Source: Candidatus Poribacteria bacterium (GTDB taxonomy: Bacteria; Poribacteria; WGA-4E; WGA-3G). From it: a stretch of 64,000 nt of DNA. The position numbers and the translations under genes are program-made. Below are positions 21,420 through 32,044 of the stretch, one piece after another; within the stretch, counting starts at the first letter, position 1, and each line of letters opens with the position of its first letter. The stretch is from contig OY763324.1 in assembly GCA_963667365.1 (NCBI GenBank), forward strand, positions 3,921,829 through 3,985,828, given 5' to 3'. Below the pieces are notes generated by a model. The model made no database searches. It was given only the letters and a program-made list of their open reading frames with translations, and was not told the origin of the DNA.

Positions 21420-22160
21420 ATGGCTACAGCAACATTTAGAATCTGGCGCGGGGATGCTAACGAAGCGCAATTTGTAGACTACGAAACCGAAGTATCTGAG
21501 GGGATGGTCGTTTTAGATGCCGTCCACCGTATTCAAGCTGAGCAGGCTAATGATATGGCAGTCAGATGGAACTGTAAGGCAGGTAAATGCGGTTCTTGTT
21601 CTGCTGAGGTAAACGGTAACCCCAAATTGATGTGCATGACTCGTCTGAACGATTTGCCACTTGACCAACCTGTCACCGTTGAACCGATGCGTGCATTTCC
21701 CATTATCAAAGACCTCGTAACCGATGTATCGTGGAATTATAAGGTAAAGGAGAAAATGAAACCATTTACACCACGTCCACCTGATGCTGAAGATGGGACT
21801 TGGCGTATGGAACAAGAGGACATAGACCATATTCAAGAGTTTCGCAAATGTATTGAATGTTTTCTGTGTCAAGATGTTTGTCATGTCTTGAGAGAACATG
21901 ATCTCCACGACGAATTTATTGGACCGCGTTTCTTTGTATACGCAGCCTCATTAGAAATGCATCCTATAGACACCGAAAACCGATTGGAAGAACTAAAGGA
22001 TTCCGATGGTATAGGTTACTGCAACATCACGAAATGCTGCACGAAAGTTTGTCCTGAACACATCACGATTACAGACAATGCGATTATTCCACTGAAAGAA
22101 CGAGTAGTTGATGAGTTTTATGATCCGATCAGAAGACTATTCCGTATTTTTACAGGTTAA
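21420..22160 (+). CDS. sdhB: succinate dehydrogenase/fumarate reductase iron-sulfur subunit
   Basis: CKAGKCGSC, CIECFLCQDVC and CNITKCCTKVCP clusters. Confidence 0.95.
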   Translation: MATATFRIWRGDANEAQFVDYETEVSEGMVVLDAVHRIQAEQANDMAVRWNCKAGKCGSCSAEVNGNPKLMCMTRLNDLPLDQPVTVEPMRAFPIIKDLVTDVSWNYKVKEKMKPFTPRPPDAEDGTWRMEQEDIDHIQEFRKCIECFLCQDVCHVLREHDLHDEFIGPRFFVYAASLEMHPIDTENRLEELKDSDGIGYCNITKCCTKVCPEHITITDNAIIPLKERVVDEFYDPIRRLFRIFTG

Positions 22161-22161
22161 T

Positions 22162-22403
22162 ATGGATGAAATTCAAAATAGTGCAATCTGTAATGAAATC
22201 CTAATTGATCAGAAGGTTACGTATACACTTGTACACCTGGATTGGAAGTTGTTTGTAATTAAAAATGTGCATGCACGTGTCAATGTTCAAACAGGAGAAC
22301 AATTTTTCTCACCCAAAAACTGTTGACCGCCTGCATCAAATTGTGTGAAGGGCAGCGACCTGTTTAAACTATGACATTACCTGTATATGAATACACAAAT
22401 TGA
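22162..22403 (+). pseudogene. YgiT/MqsA-type antitoxin-like gene, frameshifted
   Basis: QKVTYTL..LFVIKNVHARVNVQTGEQFFSPK, then after a frameshift in an A-run TVDRLHQIV, then ..LPVYEY, with internal stops. Confidence 0.65.
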
Positions 22404-22447
22404 CTTAATGACAGAATTTAATCTGACATATCCCGGAGATGTAAAGA

Positions 22448-23581
22448 ATGGCAAGTAAAAATGATATTTTAAGAGTTGGTGTGATTGGACCTGGTGGTGC
22501 TGGACGTGGAAACACACTTGGATTTGCAACACGACCTGATTGTGAAGTTGTCGCTGCAGCAGATGCCTATGAGTCCAGTTTAGATGCATTAGAAAATGCC
22601 CTACAGGAACGTGTTGAAGACTATAAATCAAATAGTATGACACGTTATCACGGTGAATATGAATTTGTTGAGATGCTTAATCATGAAGATTTAGACATTG
22701 TTGGGGTTTTCTCACCACATTCATTGCATGACATACATGTCAAATATGCACTCCGCGCTGGATGTCATGTCATCGTTGAAAAACCGATGGCAAATATTGT
22801 TGGCGATGCAATTACAATTACCAAAATCGCTATCGGCAGCGGGTTACATCTTGTCGGTGGTTATCAGCGACACTATGAAGATACCTACATTACCGGTAGA
22901 CGTGGTATAGCTGAAGGCATCATTGGTAATCTGAAAAAATTTGAAGTATACATGGCACAACGTTGGGGTGCTGGTGGATGGCGTGGGGATCCTCGTTTTT
23001 CTGGTGGAGGACAACCGAACGACTCTGGTAGTCATCTTCAAGACATCTTCCTATGGATGACCAATGCTTTACCATCTGAAGTATATGGTACAACGGACAT
23101 GAAATTTGAAGACAATGACGGAAAACTCGTACCAAAATATGTTGAGATAAATTCATACTCTGATGTCAAACTTGACAACGGTGCAGAAGGTACAATCACT
23201 ATCCTTGGAAACACACGTATTGGATTTGAAGAGTGGGTAATTCTTGAAGGGGACGAAGGCACAATTGAAATTAAAAAAGGTATACACTTTACTCCAAAAG
23301 GTGGTGAATCACAGCCATTATCATACCCACGTCCCGAAGGATATCCTAATAGTAAGGTCGACCAACTTGTCGGTCTTGTCAAAGGTGATTACCAAACAAA
23401 CTACACATCTGGAGTTAACGGTGTTAGAACCAGTTGGTTAACTAACTCCATTCTTGAAGCTGGCAAAGGACCTAATGATAAGAATAGAGTGGATTGCAAC
23501 AATCTTATTGAGCAAGAAGGATATAGCCACCAGGATGTGGTAGACTTAATTGACCAATGTTCCACATTACAGATGTTTTAG
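22448..23581 (+). CDS. Gfo/Idh/MocA family oxidoreductase
   Basis: VGVIGPGGAG, HVIVEKPMA, GYQRHY and SGGG..DSGSH. Confidence 0.9.
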   Translation: MASKNDILRVGVIGPGGAGRGNTLGFATRPDCEVVAAADAYESSLDALENALQERVEDYKSNSMTRYHGEYEFVEMLNHEDLDIVGVFSPHSLHDIHVKYALRAGCHVIVEKPMANIVGDAITITKIAIGSGLHLVGGYQRHYEDTYITGRRGIAEGIIGNLKKFEVYMAQRWGAGGWRGDPRFSGGGQPNDSGSHLQDIFLWMTNALPSEVYGTTDMKFEDNDGKLVPKYVEINSYSDVKLDNGAEGTITILGNTRIGFEEWVILEGDEGTIEIKKGIHFTPKGGESQPLSYPRPEGYPNSKVDQLVGLVKGDYQTNYTSGVNGVRTSWLTNSILEAGKGPNDKNRVDCNNLIEQEGYSHQDVVDLIDQCSTLQMF

Positions 23582-23686
23582 ATCAATAGTAATCAATTTT
23601 ATATAACAAAATGAACACAAATATTTCGGACATTGAAAGATAGATTCAAAACTGCATGATCAAAACAATTAGAAAGGAGTAAACCC

Positions 23687-25621
23687 ATGAAATATGTCAA
23701 CTACTGTCTGCTTATTGCTTTCTTATTCATAAGTATTGCACAGGTAGGGTGTTTGTCTGGTAGTGCAACTGGTACAGCTGAAAAATTAGTTGAAGCAAAA
23801 GACTATCGTGGTGCAGTAGAGGTGTATCAGAGTGTAGTTGATACCGAACCCGGTACAAAAGAAGCACGGAAGGCTCAACTTGCTATCGGTAAGCTCTACA
23901 TAGAAAAAATGAATCAGCCTGATGCAGGTATTAAGGCTTATGAAGCTGTTATTGCGGATGCACCTGAAAGTGATGAAGCTGCTCAGGCGCGCTACAGTCT
24001 CGGGATGCAGTTATATCGTCAACAAGATTACGAAGCAGCACAGACCCAATTTGATACCATTATAAACGAGTTCCCAAATCTTGAGTTGAGTCATAAAGCA
24101 CAACTGATGTTAGCAAAAAGTTATGAAGAGGGAGAGAAGTATGAACTCGCTGTGGAAGTGTTTGATAACTTTGCTAACAGGAACCCACAAAGTGAACGTG
24201 CTGCACAAGCACTTGCAAATAAAGCACGTATACAACGTAGTTTTCTAAAAGATGATAACGAGGCAAAACGCACATTACAATTCATGGTTAGAAAATACGG
24301 GAAAATTGATTCTGCACAGTCACATATTGAGAAAGCCAAAGTGGAACTCACTGAACTCAACGCAGAAATCCCTAAGCCAGAGAATCCCGAGGAAACTCAA
24401 ATAGGTAGGGCAATGGCGCGACAACAAGACCGACGGCAACGGGATCGTCCGCAAGATGTTGAAGTTAGTCCAGCCATGAGATCAAAAGTTGTTGTTGAGG
24501 ATTCAGGATTTGGTGTTAGTGCTGAATCAGTCATGAGAAGTTTTGGTGGACAAACTGCTATTGCTGGTGATGAACAAGGAACGTATTACGATGCAGAACT
24601 GATGATTGCTGGTTTATTTTACGGTGAGGAAAGCTATCGTGATGCTGGTGCATTGCTCTTTGATGCCATAGCGCGCGCAGAAGCAGATAAGGTTAGACTT
24701 GAGCCGATCAATTACTTACGACTCTCAATTTGTTATAGAAAACTCGGAATGCATCAGAAAGCGTCAAAAGTCCTTAAAAAAGCCGCAACTCGTGATCCAA
24801 AAGTAATTGATGCAGTAATTGGTACTGGACAGAATCAATATACTAACGAAGAATATGAGAAGGCATTAGATACATTTCAGTCTGTCATCGGATTCAATCG
24901 AAACAAAGACGCAGAACTATATTGGTTAATCGGGAAGACTTATGAAAAGCTTGGTGAATATGAAAAAGAAAGGGAGTCATTTGAACGTGCAGTCGCAAAA
25001 AATCCAGAGGATACTGATGCACTTCAAAGTCTCGCTGAAGTGCTACATTTCCGTCTGAAAGACCGTAAGACTGCAGTTATATTCCAAGATCTTGTTGAAA
25101 ATAAAAGAGATTCTTTTGTAACCATGAAGACACTTGGTGACGTATGCTATAAATACGGTGAATATAGCAAAGCGCAAATTAAGTATAAAGCAGCTGCCAG
25201 AACAGCAAAGAGACATCTGGAAAAATCTGATAACGCTGCTGAGAAAAAGATTCTGACACATCAGTACGGATACGGTACAATCCTTGCAGCTATTTCAATA
25301 TTCAAACAAGGTAGAGAAGAGGATGCAAATAAATTGATTGACACACTTACCAGTGAATTTCCGGATCACACTCTACTATCTTATGCAAGAGGGGAAATTG
25401 CCCTTATCAAAGGAGATGAACAAGGTGCAGTCGATGCATTTAAAGAAGCTATTAATCAAGATCCGCGTTCAGATATTCCTGTGATTGCACTTGGAGATTA
25501 CTACGTATCTAAGGGATATAACGATGATGCAATTACCCTTTGGGAAGGATACCTGGAAAAGGATAAATATAATGCTAAAGTGATGCAAAGACTTAAACCA
25601 TTAAAGGAGAGCAGTGAGTAG
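23687..25621 (+). CDS. TPR-repeat protein, probable lipoprotein
   Basis: Signal peptide ending VG-C; many TPR-like helices (AQLAIGKLY, ARYSLGMQLY, LYWLIGKTY, ALGDYY). Confidence 0.8.
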   Translation: MKYVNYCLLIAFLFISIAQVGCLSGSATGTAEKLVEAKDYRGAVEVYQSVVDTEPGTKEARKAQLAIGKLYIEKMNQPDAGIKAYEAVIADAPESDEAAQARYSLGMQLYRQQDYEAAQTQFDTIINEFPNLELSHKAQLMLAKSYEEGEKYELAVEVFDNFANRNPQSERAAQALANKARIQRSFLKDDNEAKRTLQFMVRKYGKIDSAQSHIEKAKVELTELNAEIPKPENPEETQIGRAMARQQDRRQRDRPQDVEVSPAMRSKVVVEDSGFGVSAESVMRSFGGQTAIAGDEQGTYYDAELMIAGLFYGEESYRDAGALLFDAIARAEADKVRLEPINYLRLSICYRKLGMHQKASKVLKKAATRDPKVIDAVIGTGQNQYTNEEYEKALDTFQSVIGFNRNKDAELYWLIGKTYEKLGEYEKERESFERAVAKNPEDTDALQSLAEVLHFRLKDRKTAVIFQDLVENKRDSFVTMKTLGDVCYKYGEYSKAQIKYKAAARTAKRHLEKSDNAAEKKILTHQYGYGTILAAISIFKQGREEDANKLIDTLTSEFPDHTLLSYARGEIALIKGDEQGAVDAFKEAINQDPRSDIPVIALGDYYVSKGYNDDAITLWEGYLEKDKYNAKVMQRLKPLKESSE

Positions 25622-25694
25622 GAAGGAATAAATTGGAACATCATATTGAGATTTAACTTACAATACGATGTTTGACTGATACAAAAAGTATTTT

Positions 25695-25727
25695 AGTGTA
25701 AGTACATAATATAATCGTACTTACACT
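25695..25727. terminator. perfect 11-bp inverted repeat after the TPR gene
   Basis: AGTGTAAGTAC-11nt-GTACTTACACT. Confidence 0.45.
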
Positions 25728-25796
25728 GAATAATTAAGCATTTTATGCTACAATAATCCCATACTGCCCTATAATCCACTACTGTCAAAAAAAGAC

Positions 25797-25825
25797 TTGA
25801 CATTATACACAAAAATATGTATAAT
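25797..25825 (+). promoter_or_regulatory. consensus sigma70 promoter, probably for rho
   Basis: TTGACA-17nt-TATAAT with TG, about 420 nt upstream of the rho start. Confidence 0.7.
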
Positions 25826-26251
25826 ATAAAGTGATATGATTCAAATGATGGATCAACATTCGGTCCAACACATAAAGGATGTCAAATTCCTACCAACTTT
25901 TTCATACGGACCCCTAAAATAAATACCAAATACTGTTTTTGTCAAACATGTACCCTCCAGAATATATTGGAAATGGTGGTTGGTACTTGTATGCCTTCCG
26001 GGCACGATGAAAATTTGCCCTACGATGTATAATACGTTCCGAAATTCAATTACAATCCAATTTTATACACACTCCGTCAATATTGAATGGAGTATAATCA
26101 ATTTTTTAGACAGTTCTGCGGCATTTGCGGGGTTCTGTCAGAATCATAAGTATACACCTGATCCTAACGTGACAATTTTAACACAATGAACTATATGGTG
26201 CGTGTTCTATAGTCAATTGGGTACAGGTAATACCGAGGAGTATGAAAAATT

Positions 26252-27601
26252 ATGGAGAGCTTGGAAATAGGCAAGCTCCGTGAAATGGAGATCTCAACCT
26301 TAAATACAATGGCGCAATCCCTGGATATTGATGACAGGAATACATTGCGAAAAGATGAACTCATTACTCGTATACTGGAACAGGTATCTGATCAGAATAT
26401 ACCTCTTTATGGTAAAGGTGTGTTGCAGATCTTAGATGACCGTGACCAAAATTACGGTTTCCTTCGGTCCCCACGATCTAATTACTTTCAGAGTGATGAA
26501 GATATTTATGTTTCGTCTTCGCAAATACGTTTGTTTGGATTGCAGACTGGACATGTTGTTGAAGGTTTAGTTCGTCCCCCTAAAAAATCGGAGAACAAAA
26601 CTGAACGGTACTATGCTCTGTTACAGATAGAGAGAGTAAACGGCGAACCACCGGAATTAGTCAAGACCAGAACACCCTTTGACACTCCTATGCCGGTTTT
26701 TCCATTTGAACAGTTTAAACTTGAACATAAAGCATCTGAAGTCGGTACGCGTATAATTGACCTGATCTCACCGATCGGTAAAGGACAGCGCGGTTTAATT
26801 GTCGCACCTCCATATTGTGGTAAAACAACTCTGCTAAAAAATATCGCCTGCGGAATTGAAGCGAATCATCCGGAAACCTCCCTCATCTTTTTACTGATTG
26901 ATGAACGTCCAGAAGAGGTTACTGATGTTATCCGTACAGTTGAAGGTGAAGTCATTAGTTCTACATTTGATGAACCACCCGATCGACACATACAAGTAGC
27001 GGAAATGGCACTTGAAAAAGCAAAACGAATGGTTGAATGTGGACAGGATGTAGTTATATTACTCGACAGTATGACTCGCCTCGCAAGAGCACACAATATG
27101 ATAGCCCCACCAACCGGGAAAACTCTTACAGGTGGATTAGATGCTATGGCATTTGTTAAACCACGTCGATTCTGTGGTGCTGCACGTAAATTTGAAGAGG
27201 GTGGAAGTCTGACAATTATTGCTTCTGTTCTCGTTGATACTGAAAGCCGATCTGATACTTATATTTATGAGGAGTTTAAAGGCACAGCGAACATGGAGAT
27301 CCACATGGATCGCACCTTGTTGGAACTACAGATTTTTCCTGCAATCAATATAGAAAAATCAAGAACGCGCCGTGAGGAACTCTTATTAAAACCTGATGTG
27401 CTAAACAAAGTTTGGGCATTACGGAAATTTATTAGTCAAATGAGCATGGCAGAATCAATGGAGTTATTAATTAAACAATTCAGCAAGTATGAAACGAATG
27501 AAGAATTTCTTGAAAGGATGACTGAAGATGCTGGACAAACAGGAAAACCACGTGCTAAACCAGCACGACCTGCTAAAAGAGGAATATCTTCAGCTGTGTA
27601 A
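26252..27601 (+). CDS. rho: transcription termination factor Rho
   Basis: [54 protein letters not shown] and EEFKGT. Confidence 0.97.
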   Translation: MESLEIGKLREMEISTLNTMAQSLDIDDRNTLRKDELITRILEQVSDQNIPLYGKGVLQILDDRDQNYGFLRSPRSNYFQSDEDIYVSSSQIRLFGLQTGHVVEGLVRPPKKSENKTERYYALLQIERVNGEPPELVKTRTPFDTPMPVFPFEQFKLEHKASEVGTRIIDLISPIGKGQRGLIVAPPYCGKTTLLKNIACGIEANHPETSLIFLLIDERPEEVTDVIRTVEGEVISSTFDEPPDRHIQVAEMALEKAKRMVECGQDVVILLDSMTRLARAHNMIAPPTGKTLTGGLDAMAFVKPRRFCGAARKFEEGGSLTIIASVLVDTESRSDTYIYEEFKGTANMEIHMDRTLLELQIFPAINIEKSRTRREELLLKPDVLNKVWALRKFISQMSMAESMELLIKQFSKYETNEEFLERMTEDAGQTGKPRAKPARPAKRGISSAV

Positions 27602-27746
27602 GTCGTTAAGGATAATCTTCTAATCCAAGTATAGAAATTTGTTGAATTCAAAGTGATGTGAAAAATTATTGGTAATAGTCATTTCAATTTAGTTTATTAT
27701 TATTACAATTAATAAACTACATATACAAACTAAAGGGAGTGATAAT

Positions 27747-27959
27747 ATGAAACCTGAAATCCATCCAGAAACAACAGAATGTACAATCAATTGTGTTTGT
27801 GGAGCTACATATCAAACGGTTACAATAGCATCTGACATGCGTGTAGATGTATGTGCGAAATGTCATCCGTTTTATACTGGTCAACAAACACGGTTTATTG
27901 ACACTGCTGGACGTGTGGAGAGTTTCCGTCGCCGTTATGGATTAACTGATAAATCTTAA
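27747..27959 (+). CDS. rpmE: 50S ribosomal protein L31 (Zn-binding type)
   Basis: [21 protein letters not shown] and DTAGRVESF. Confidence 0.97.
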   Translation: MKPEIHPETTECTINCVCGATYQTVTIASDMRVDVCAKCHPFYTGQQTRFIDTAGRVESFRRRYGLTDKS

Positions 27960-28065
27960 TATAACAAATGTATCTTGTTTATAAATCTATTGGTTAATCT
28001 CATTCCATTGATATTCACTTGAACGATTCGTGTGGTTATCCAAATTATCCCATAAAGGGAATGTT

Positions 28066-29139
28066 ATGTTTGATAAACTCAGAGAAATACAACAGAAATT
28101 CATTGATGTTGAAAAATCATTAAGCGATCTTGTACAGATATCTAATCCACAACGGTTGCAAGAACTCTCAAAACTTCATGCTGAACTTTCACCTATTGTA
28201 TCTGCATATAAAGATTATCAGCAGTTGGAAACTGCAATTGAGGAGACACAAGCACTGTTAGATGAAGAAACTGATGACGAGATGCTGGAGTTAGCACAGG
28301 AGGAATTGAATGATCTTAAGAAGCAACAAGAAGAACTCATAGAATCAATTAAGATGCTTCTTATTCCAAAAGATCCTAATGATGAAAAAAATGTTATTAT
28401 TGAAATCCGTGCGGGTACTGGTGGAGAGGAAGCAAGTCTGTTTGCTGCGGAGATATTTCGAATGTATACACGATTCGCAGAGAGATATAATTGGAAAGTT
28501 GAAATGCTGAGTGCAAATGCAACTGGTTTAAAAGGATTTAAAGAGGTAATTTTTTCAATTGAAGGTAAATCAGCATATAGTCAACTAAAATATGAAGGTG
28601 GAATTCATCGAGTGCAACGAATTCCTACGACCGAAACGAGTGGACGCATTCATACATCTGCAGTTACAGTTGCAGTACTTCCAGAAGCAGAAGAACTTGA
28701 TCTTGAAATAGACGAAGCAACCGAATTGCGGATCGACACTTACCGGTCATCTGGACCTGGTGGTCAAAGTGTCAACACAACAGATTCTGCCATCCGGATA
28801 ACACACCTTCCGACTGGGATGATAGTTACCTGCCAAGATGAAAAATCGCAGCATAAAAACCGATCCAAAGCGATGAAGATCCTTCGAGCAAGACTGCAGG
28901 AATTGAAACAAGCAGAGTTAAACAGTGAACGCGCAGAAACGCGACGATCTATGGTCGGCAGTGGAGATAGAAGCGAAAAAATTCGTACATACAACTTCCC
29001 TCAATCGCGTGTAACAGACCACCGAATCCAATTCAGTTCACATCAATTAGATTCTGTTTTAGATGGTGATTTAGATTCGTTTATTGAAAGATTAACAACT
29101 GCAGACCAAGCAGAAATGTTAAAGAGTGAAGGAACCTAA
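28066..29139 (+). CDS. prfA: peptide chain release factor 1
   Basis: EIRAGTGGEEA, PTT (PxT) motif, GGQ, RTYNFPQSRVTDHR. ATG 28066 preferred. Confidence 0.97.
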   Translation: MFDKLREIQQKFIDVEKSLSDLVQISNPQRLQELSKLHAELSPIVSAYKDYQQLETAIEETQALLDEETDDEMLELAQEELNDLKKQQEELIESIKMLLIPKDPNDEKNVIIEIRAGTGGEEASLFAAEIFRMYTRFAERYNWKVEMLSANATGLKGFKEVIFSIEGKSAYSQLKYEGGIHRVQRIPTTETSGRIHTSAVTVAVLPEAEELDLEIDEATELRIDTYRSSGPGGQSVNTTDSAIRITHLPTGMIVTCQDEKSQHKNRSKAMKILRARLQELKQAELNSERAETRRSMVGSGDRSEKIRTYNFPQSRVTDHRIQFSSHQLDSVLDGDLDSFIERLTTADQAEMLKSEGT

Positions 29140-29272
29140 GTAACCTTGACACTTTCATAAATTATTCAAGAATAGGTCTAAGATCGGTATTTAACCTATT
29201 CATCCTTCCAAGTATTCACCTTCCCAAAATAGCCACTTCCCTGATGGAGTTCATGACAAACAAGATAAATTT

Positions 29273-30142
29273 ATGGCTACCAAAATCTGGCACGTGCTTG
29301 AACTCCTTAAGTGGACAACAGAATATTTTGAAAAGCATAAAATTCCAAATCCCCGTTTAGATGCTGAGGTATTACTCGGATACCTTCTTGAAAAAAGTCG
29401 TCTTCAACTATATCTACATTTTGATATGCCAGTATTTCAACATGACTTAAAGGTATTTCGAGAGTTGATTAAGAAACGGATTGCGCGCACTCCAATAAGT
29501 TATCTAACTAATCACAAAGAGTTCTTATCTCTGGATTTTTATGTTGATGAACGTGTGCTTATCCCACGACCAGAAACTGAATTCATCGTTGAGACTATTT
29601 TAAATACAGAAGAGGATAAAAGTCAACGTATGTTAGAAATAGGTACGGGTAGTGGCGTAATTGCAACTTCAATTGCTATAAACAAACCAGAATGGGAAAT
29701 CATCGCAACCGACATATCAGGTGACGCATTGGTAGTGGCAGAAAAAAATAGTGATGTACATGAGTGCACTGAGCAGATTACATTTCTACAAGGCGATCTA
29801 TTTGAACCCATTCACCCATTGGATTCATCACGTTTTAACTGGATAGTTTCGAACCCACCATATATTAAAACGGGTGAACACGATTCGTTATGTTCTGACA
29901 TCAAGGACTACGAACCCCACATAGCACTATTCGCCGGAGAAGACGGTTTATCCATTATCCGGTCTCTGATAACAGAATCCCCAAATTACCTTTTACCAGG
30001 TGGAAAACTCATCTTTGAAATTGGGGATAGCCAAGCAGAACCAGTCAGATGCTTACTTGAAGAGCAACCCGCGTATAAGAATTTTCGTTTCATAAAAGAC
30101 TACTCAGAAATAGAACGTGTTGTTCTTGCATGTGTTGAGTAA
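29273..30142 (+). CDS. prmC: release factor glutamine methyltransferase
   Basis: VLIPRPETE, EIGTGSG and SNPPY; downstream of prfA. Confidence 0.95.
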   Translation: MATKIWHVLELLKWTTEYFEKHKIPNPRLDAEVLLGYLLEKSRLQLYLHFDMPVFQHDLKVFRELIKKRIARTPISYLTNHKEFLSLDFYVDERVLIPRPETEFIVETILNTEEDKSQRMLEIGTGSGVIATSIAINKPEWEIIATDISGDALVVAEKNSDVHECTEQITFLQGDLFEPIHPLDSSRFNWIVSNPPYIKTGEHDSLCSDIKDYEPHIALFAGEDGLSIIRSLITESPNYLLPGGKLIFEIGDSQAEPVRCLLEEQPAYKNFRFIKDYSEIERVVLACVE

Positions 30143-30165
30143 CATATAGATTTAAATCGAAGTAC

Positions 30166-30194
30166 TTGACACAAAACTTGTCTACAGATAAACT
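30166..30194 (+). promoter_or_regulatory. sigma70-type promoter
   Basis: TTGACA-17nt-TAAACT upstream of 30224. Confidence 0.5.
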
Positions 30195-30223
30195 AATCTC
30201 AGAATCCTGTTGAAAGAATATCT

Positions 30224-31267
30224 ATGCATATCAATGATCTTGATACTCCTGCATTAATTGCTGATTTAGATGTACTTGAGGGAAATATAAGTGGGATGGC
30301 AAGTCATTGCCATGAGATCGGTATTCCTCTACGGGTTCATACCAAAACACATAAGGTTCCAGAAATCGCCAAATTACAACTTGATGCTGGTTCTCAGGGA
30401 ATTACTTGTCAGAAGTTAGGTGAGGCTGAAGTGATGGTTGATTCTGGGATCGACGACATCCTGATACCATATAATATCGTTGGTAAACCGAAGTTGAAGC
30501 GGTTGACAGAGTTGGTCAAAAGAGCACAGATAATTGTTGCCCTCGATTCTGAAGAGACTGCCTTAGGTCTTTCCCAACAAGCGATTGTGGATAAGTGTGT
30601 TGTTCCTGTAGTAGTGGAGTTGGATACAGGAAGCAGCCGATGTGGTGTAGGGTCACCATTCGATGCACAATGCCTTGCTCGAAAGGTGCATAAAATGCCA
30701 GGACTTGAATTTCAAGGTGTGATGACTTATCCGAGTAATGTAAACGCAAAACCGTTCATATCTGAAACAGTTGAACTACTTAATCAGGATGGTATTCCTG
30801 TGAATATAATCAGTGGTGGCGGGACAGGAGCAGAAGCAGCATCAAAAGAAATAGGATGCACGGAGACACGTAGTGGTTCCTATGTCTATGAAGGGATGAC
30901 ACGTATTGGAAGTTCCGATATGTTATCACCGGAACGGTGTGTGCTTAGAGTACTCGTAACGGTGGTTAGTACGCCAACCTCCGATAGGATTATTGTTGAT
31001 GGAGGACAAAAGACATTTACAAGTTATCCACCTACACCGTATGGAAATATTATTGACTTTCCTGATGCGAAAATATACGGCATGTCGGTTGAACACGGAC
31101 ATGTAAATGTAGGAGAATGTTCACACCGGTTTCGGGTGGGTGATCGTCTTTCTATCATTCCTCTGCATCAGGGAATGACAAGTAACCTTCATGATGAATT
31201 GGTTGGAGTACGCGGGCAAACAGTTGAGATTATATGGAAAATTGCAGGTAGAGGAAAGGTAAAATAA
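30224..31267 (+). CDS. D-threonine aldolase/DSD1-family PLP enzyme (fold type III)
   Basis: LDTPAL, RVHTKTHK (PLP Lys), CQKLGEAEVM, DGGQK and SVEHG. Confidence 0.85.
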   Translation: MHINDLDTPALIADLDVLEGNISGMASHCHEIGIPLRVHTKTHKVPEIAKLQLDAGSQGITCQKLGEAEVMVDSGIDDILIPYNIVGKPKLKRLTELVKRAQIIVALDSEETALGLSQQAIVDKCVVPVVVELDTGSSRCGVGSPFDAQCLARKVHKMPGLEFQGVMTYPSNVNAKPFISETVELLNQDGIPVNIISGGGTGAEAASKEIGCTETRSGSYVYEGMTRIGSSDMLSPERCVLRVLVTVVSTPTSDRIIVDGGQKTFTSYPPTPYGNIIDFPDAKIYGMSVEHGHVNVGECSHRFRVGDRLSIIPLHQGMTSNLHDELVGVRGQTVEIIWKIAGRGKVK

Positions 31268-31983
31268 TGAATCGACCAACCACAGAACAGAAAAAACAGT
31301 GGGAACAAGATGGATATCTTGTATTTGAAAATGCAATACAAGATAGTGAGTTGAAACGATTACAATCAGTCTTTGATTTTTGGGCAGCTGAATGTAAGGA
31401 AGAGTGGTTAGATAAAGTAGAAGCAGGAGAAGCTGCAGCTACTTTTTACGACATTCCGAATCCTCTTGAAAAAGACACTATATTTATTGACATAATTGAT
31501 CACCCGAGTTACTACGGTACATTAATGGAATTTACAGAGGACGATCTGATTCTATTAGGTCCACAAGTTCGGACAGTAGCCCCTTGGCCGGTTAGTTACA
31601 CAGGATGGCATCCTGATGTTGGTAAAGATAATCCACTCCACATAAAGGTGCAAATATATGTTAACGATGTGCCATCTGGAGGAGGTGAATTCGGATTTGT
31701 TCCAGGTAGTCACAAACCAGATTCAGGTCCCTATAAACGTCCATTACTACAACAGAGTATGCCGGGACATAAAACTTTCCCAGGCAAAGCAGGTACTGCG
31801 ATTATGTTCAATTCGTGTGGGTGGCATGCATCTATGGACAATGTGACAGATGAACCCAGAAAATCGATAATTCTGATTTATGAGAAACGCACTCAAGGTC
31901 GGATTGGACCAACCCAGTTCGCTGCTATATCCAAATATTGCACAACTCCTGAGCGTCGCAAATTGTTTAGTCTACCAGACTAA
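31267..31983 (+). CDS. phytanoyl-CoA dioxygenase (PhyH) family protein
   Basis: WEQDGYLV, WHPD, VPGSH and distal WH; TAATG overlap with the upstream gene. Confidence 0.85.
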   Translation: MNRPTTEQKKQWEQDGYLVFENAIQDSELKRLQSVFDFWAAECKEEWLDKVEAGEAAATFYDIPNPLEKDTIFIDIIDHPSYYGTLMEFTEDDLILLGPQVRTVAPWPVSYTGWHPDVGKDNPLHIKVQIYVNDVPSGGGEFGFVPGSHKPDSGPYKRPLLQQSMPGHKTFPGKAGTAIMFNSCGWHASMDNVTDEPRKSIILIYEKRTQGRIGPTQFAAISKYCTTPERRKLFSLPD

Positions 31984-32044
31984 TCATGCATTCTACAATA
32001 TCTCAATGTGTCAGTCTAAATCTGACTGGTAAGGAAGTGATATT

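Noticed and set aside
25980-26189. 69-aa ORF in the rho leader as a protein gene
   Set aside because: No recognisable motif or clear RBS; more likely a chance ORF in the leader, though a leader peptide cannot be excluded
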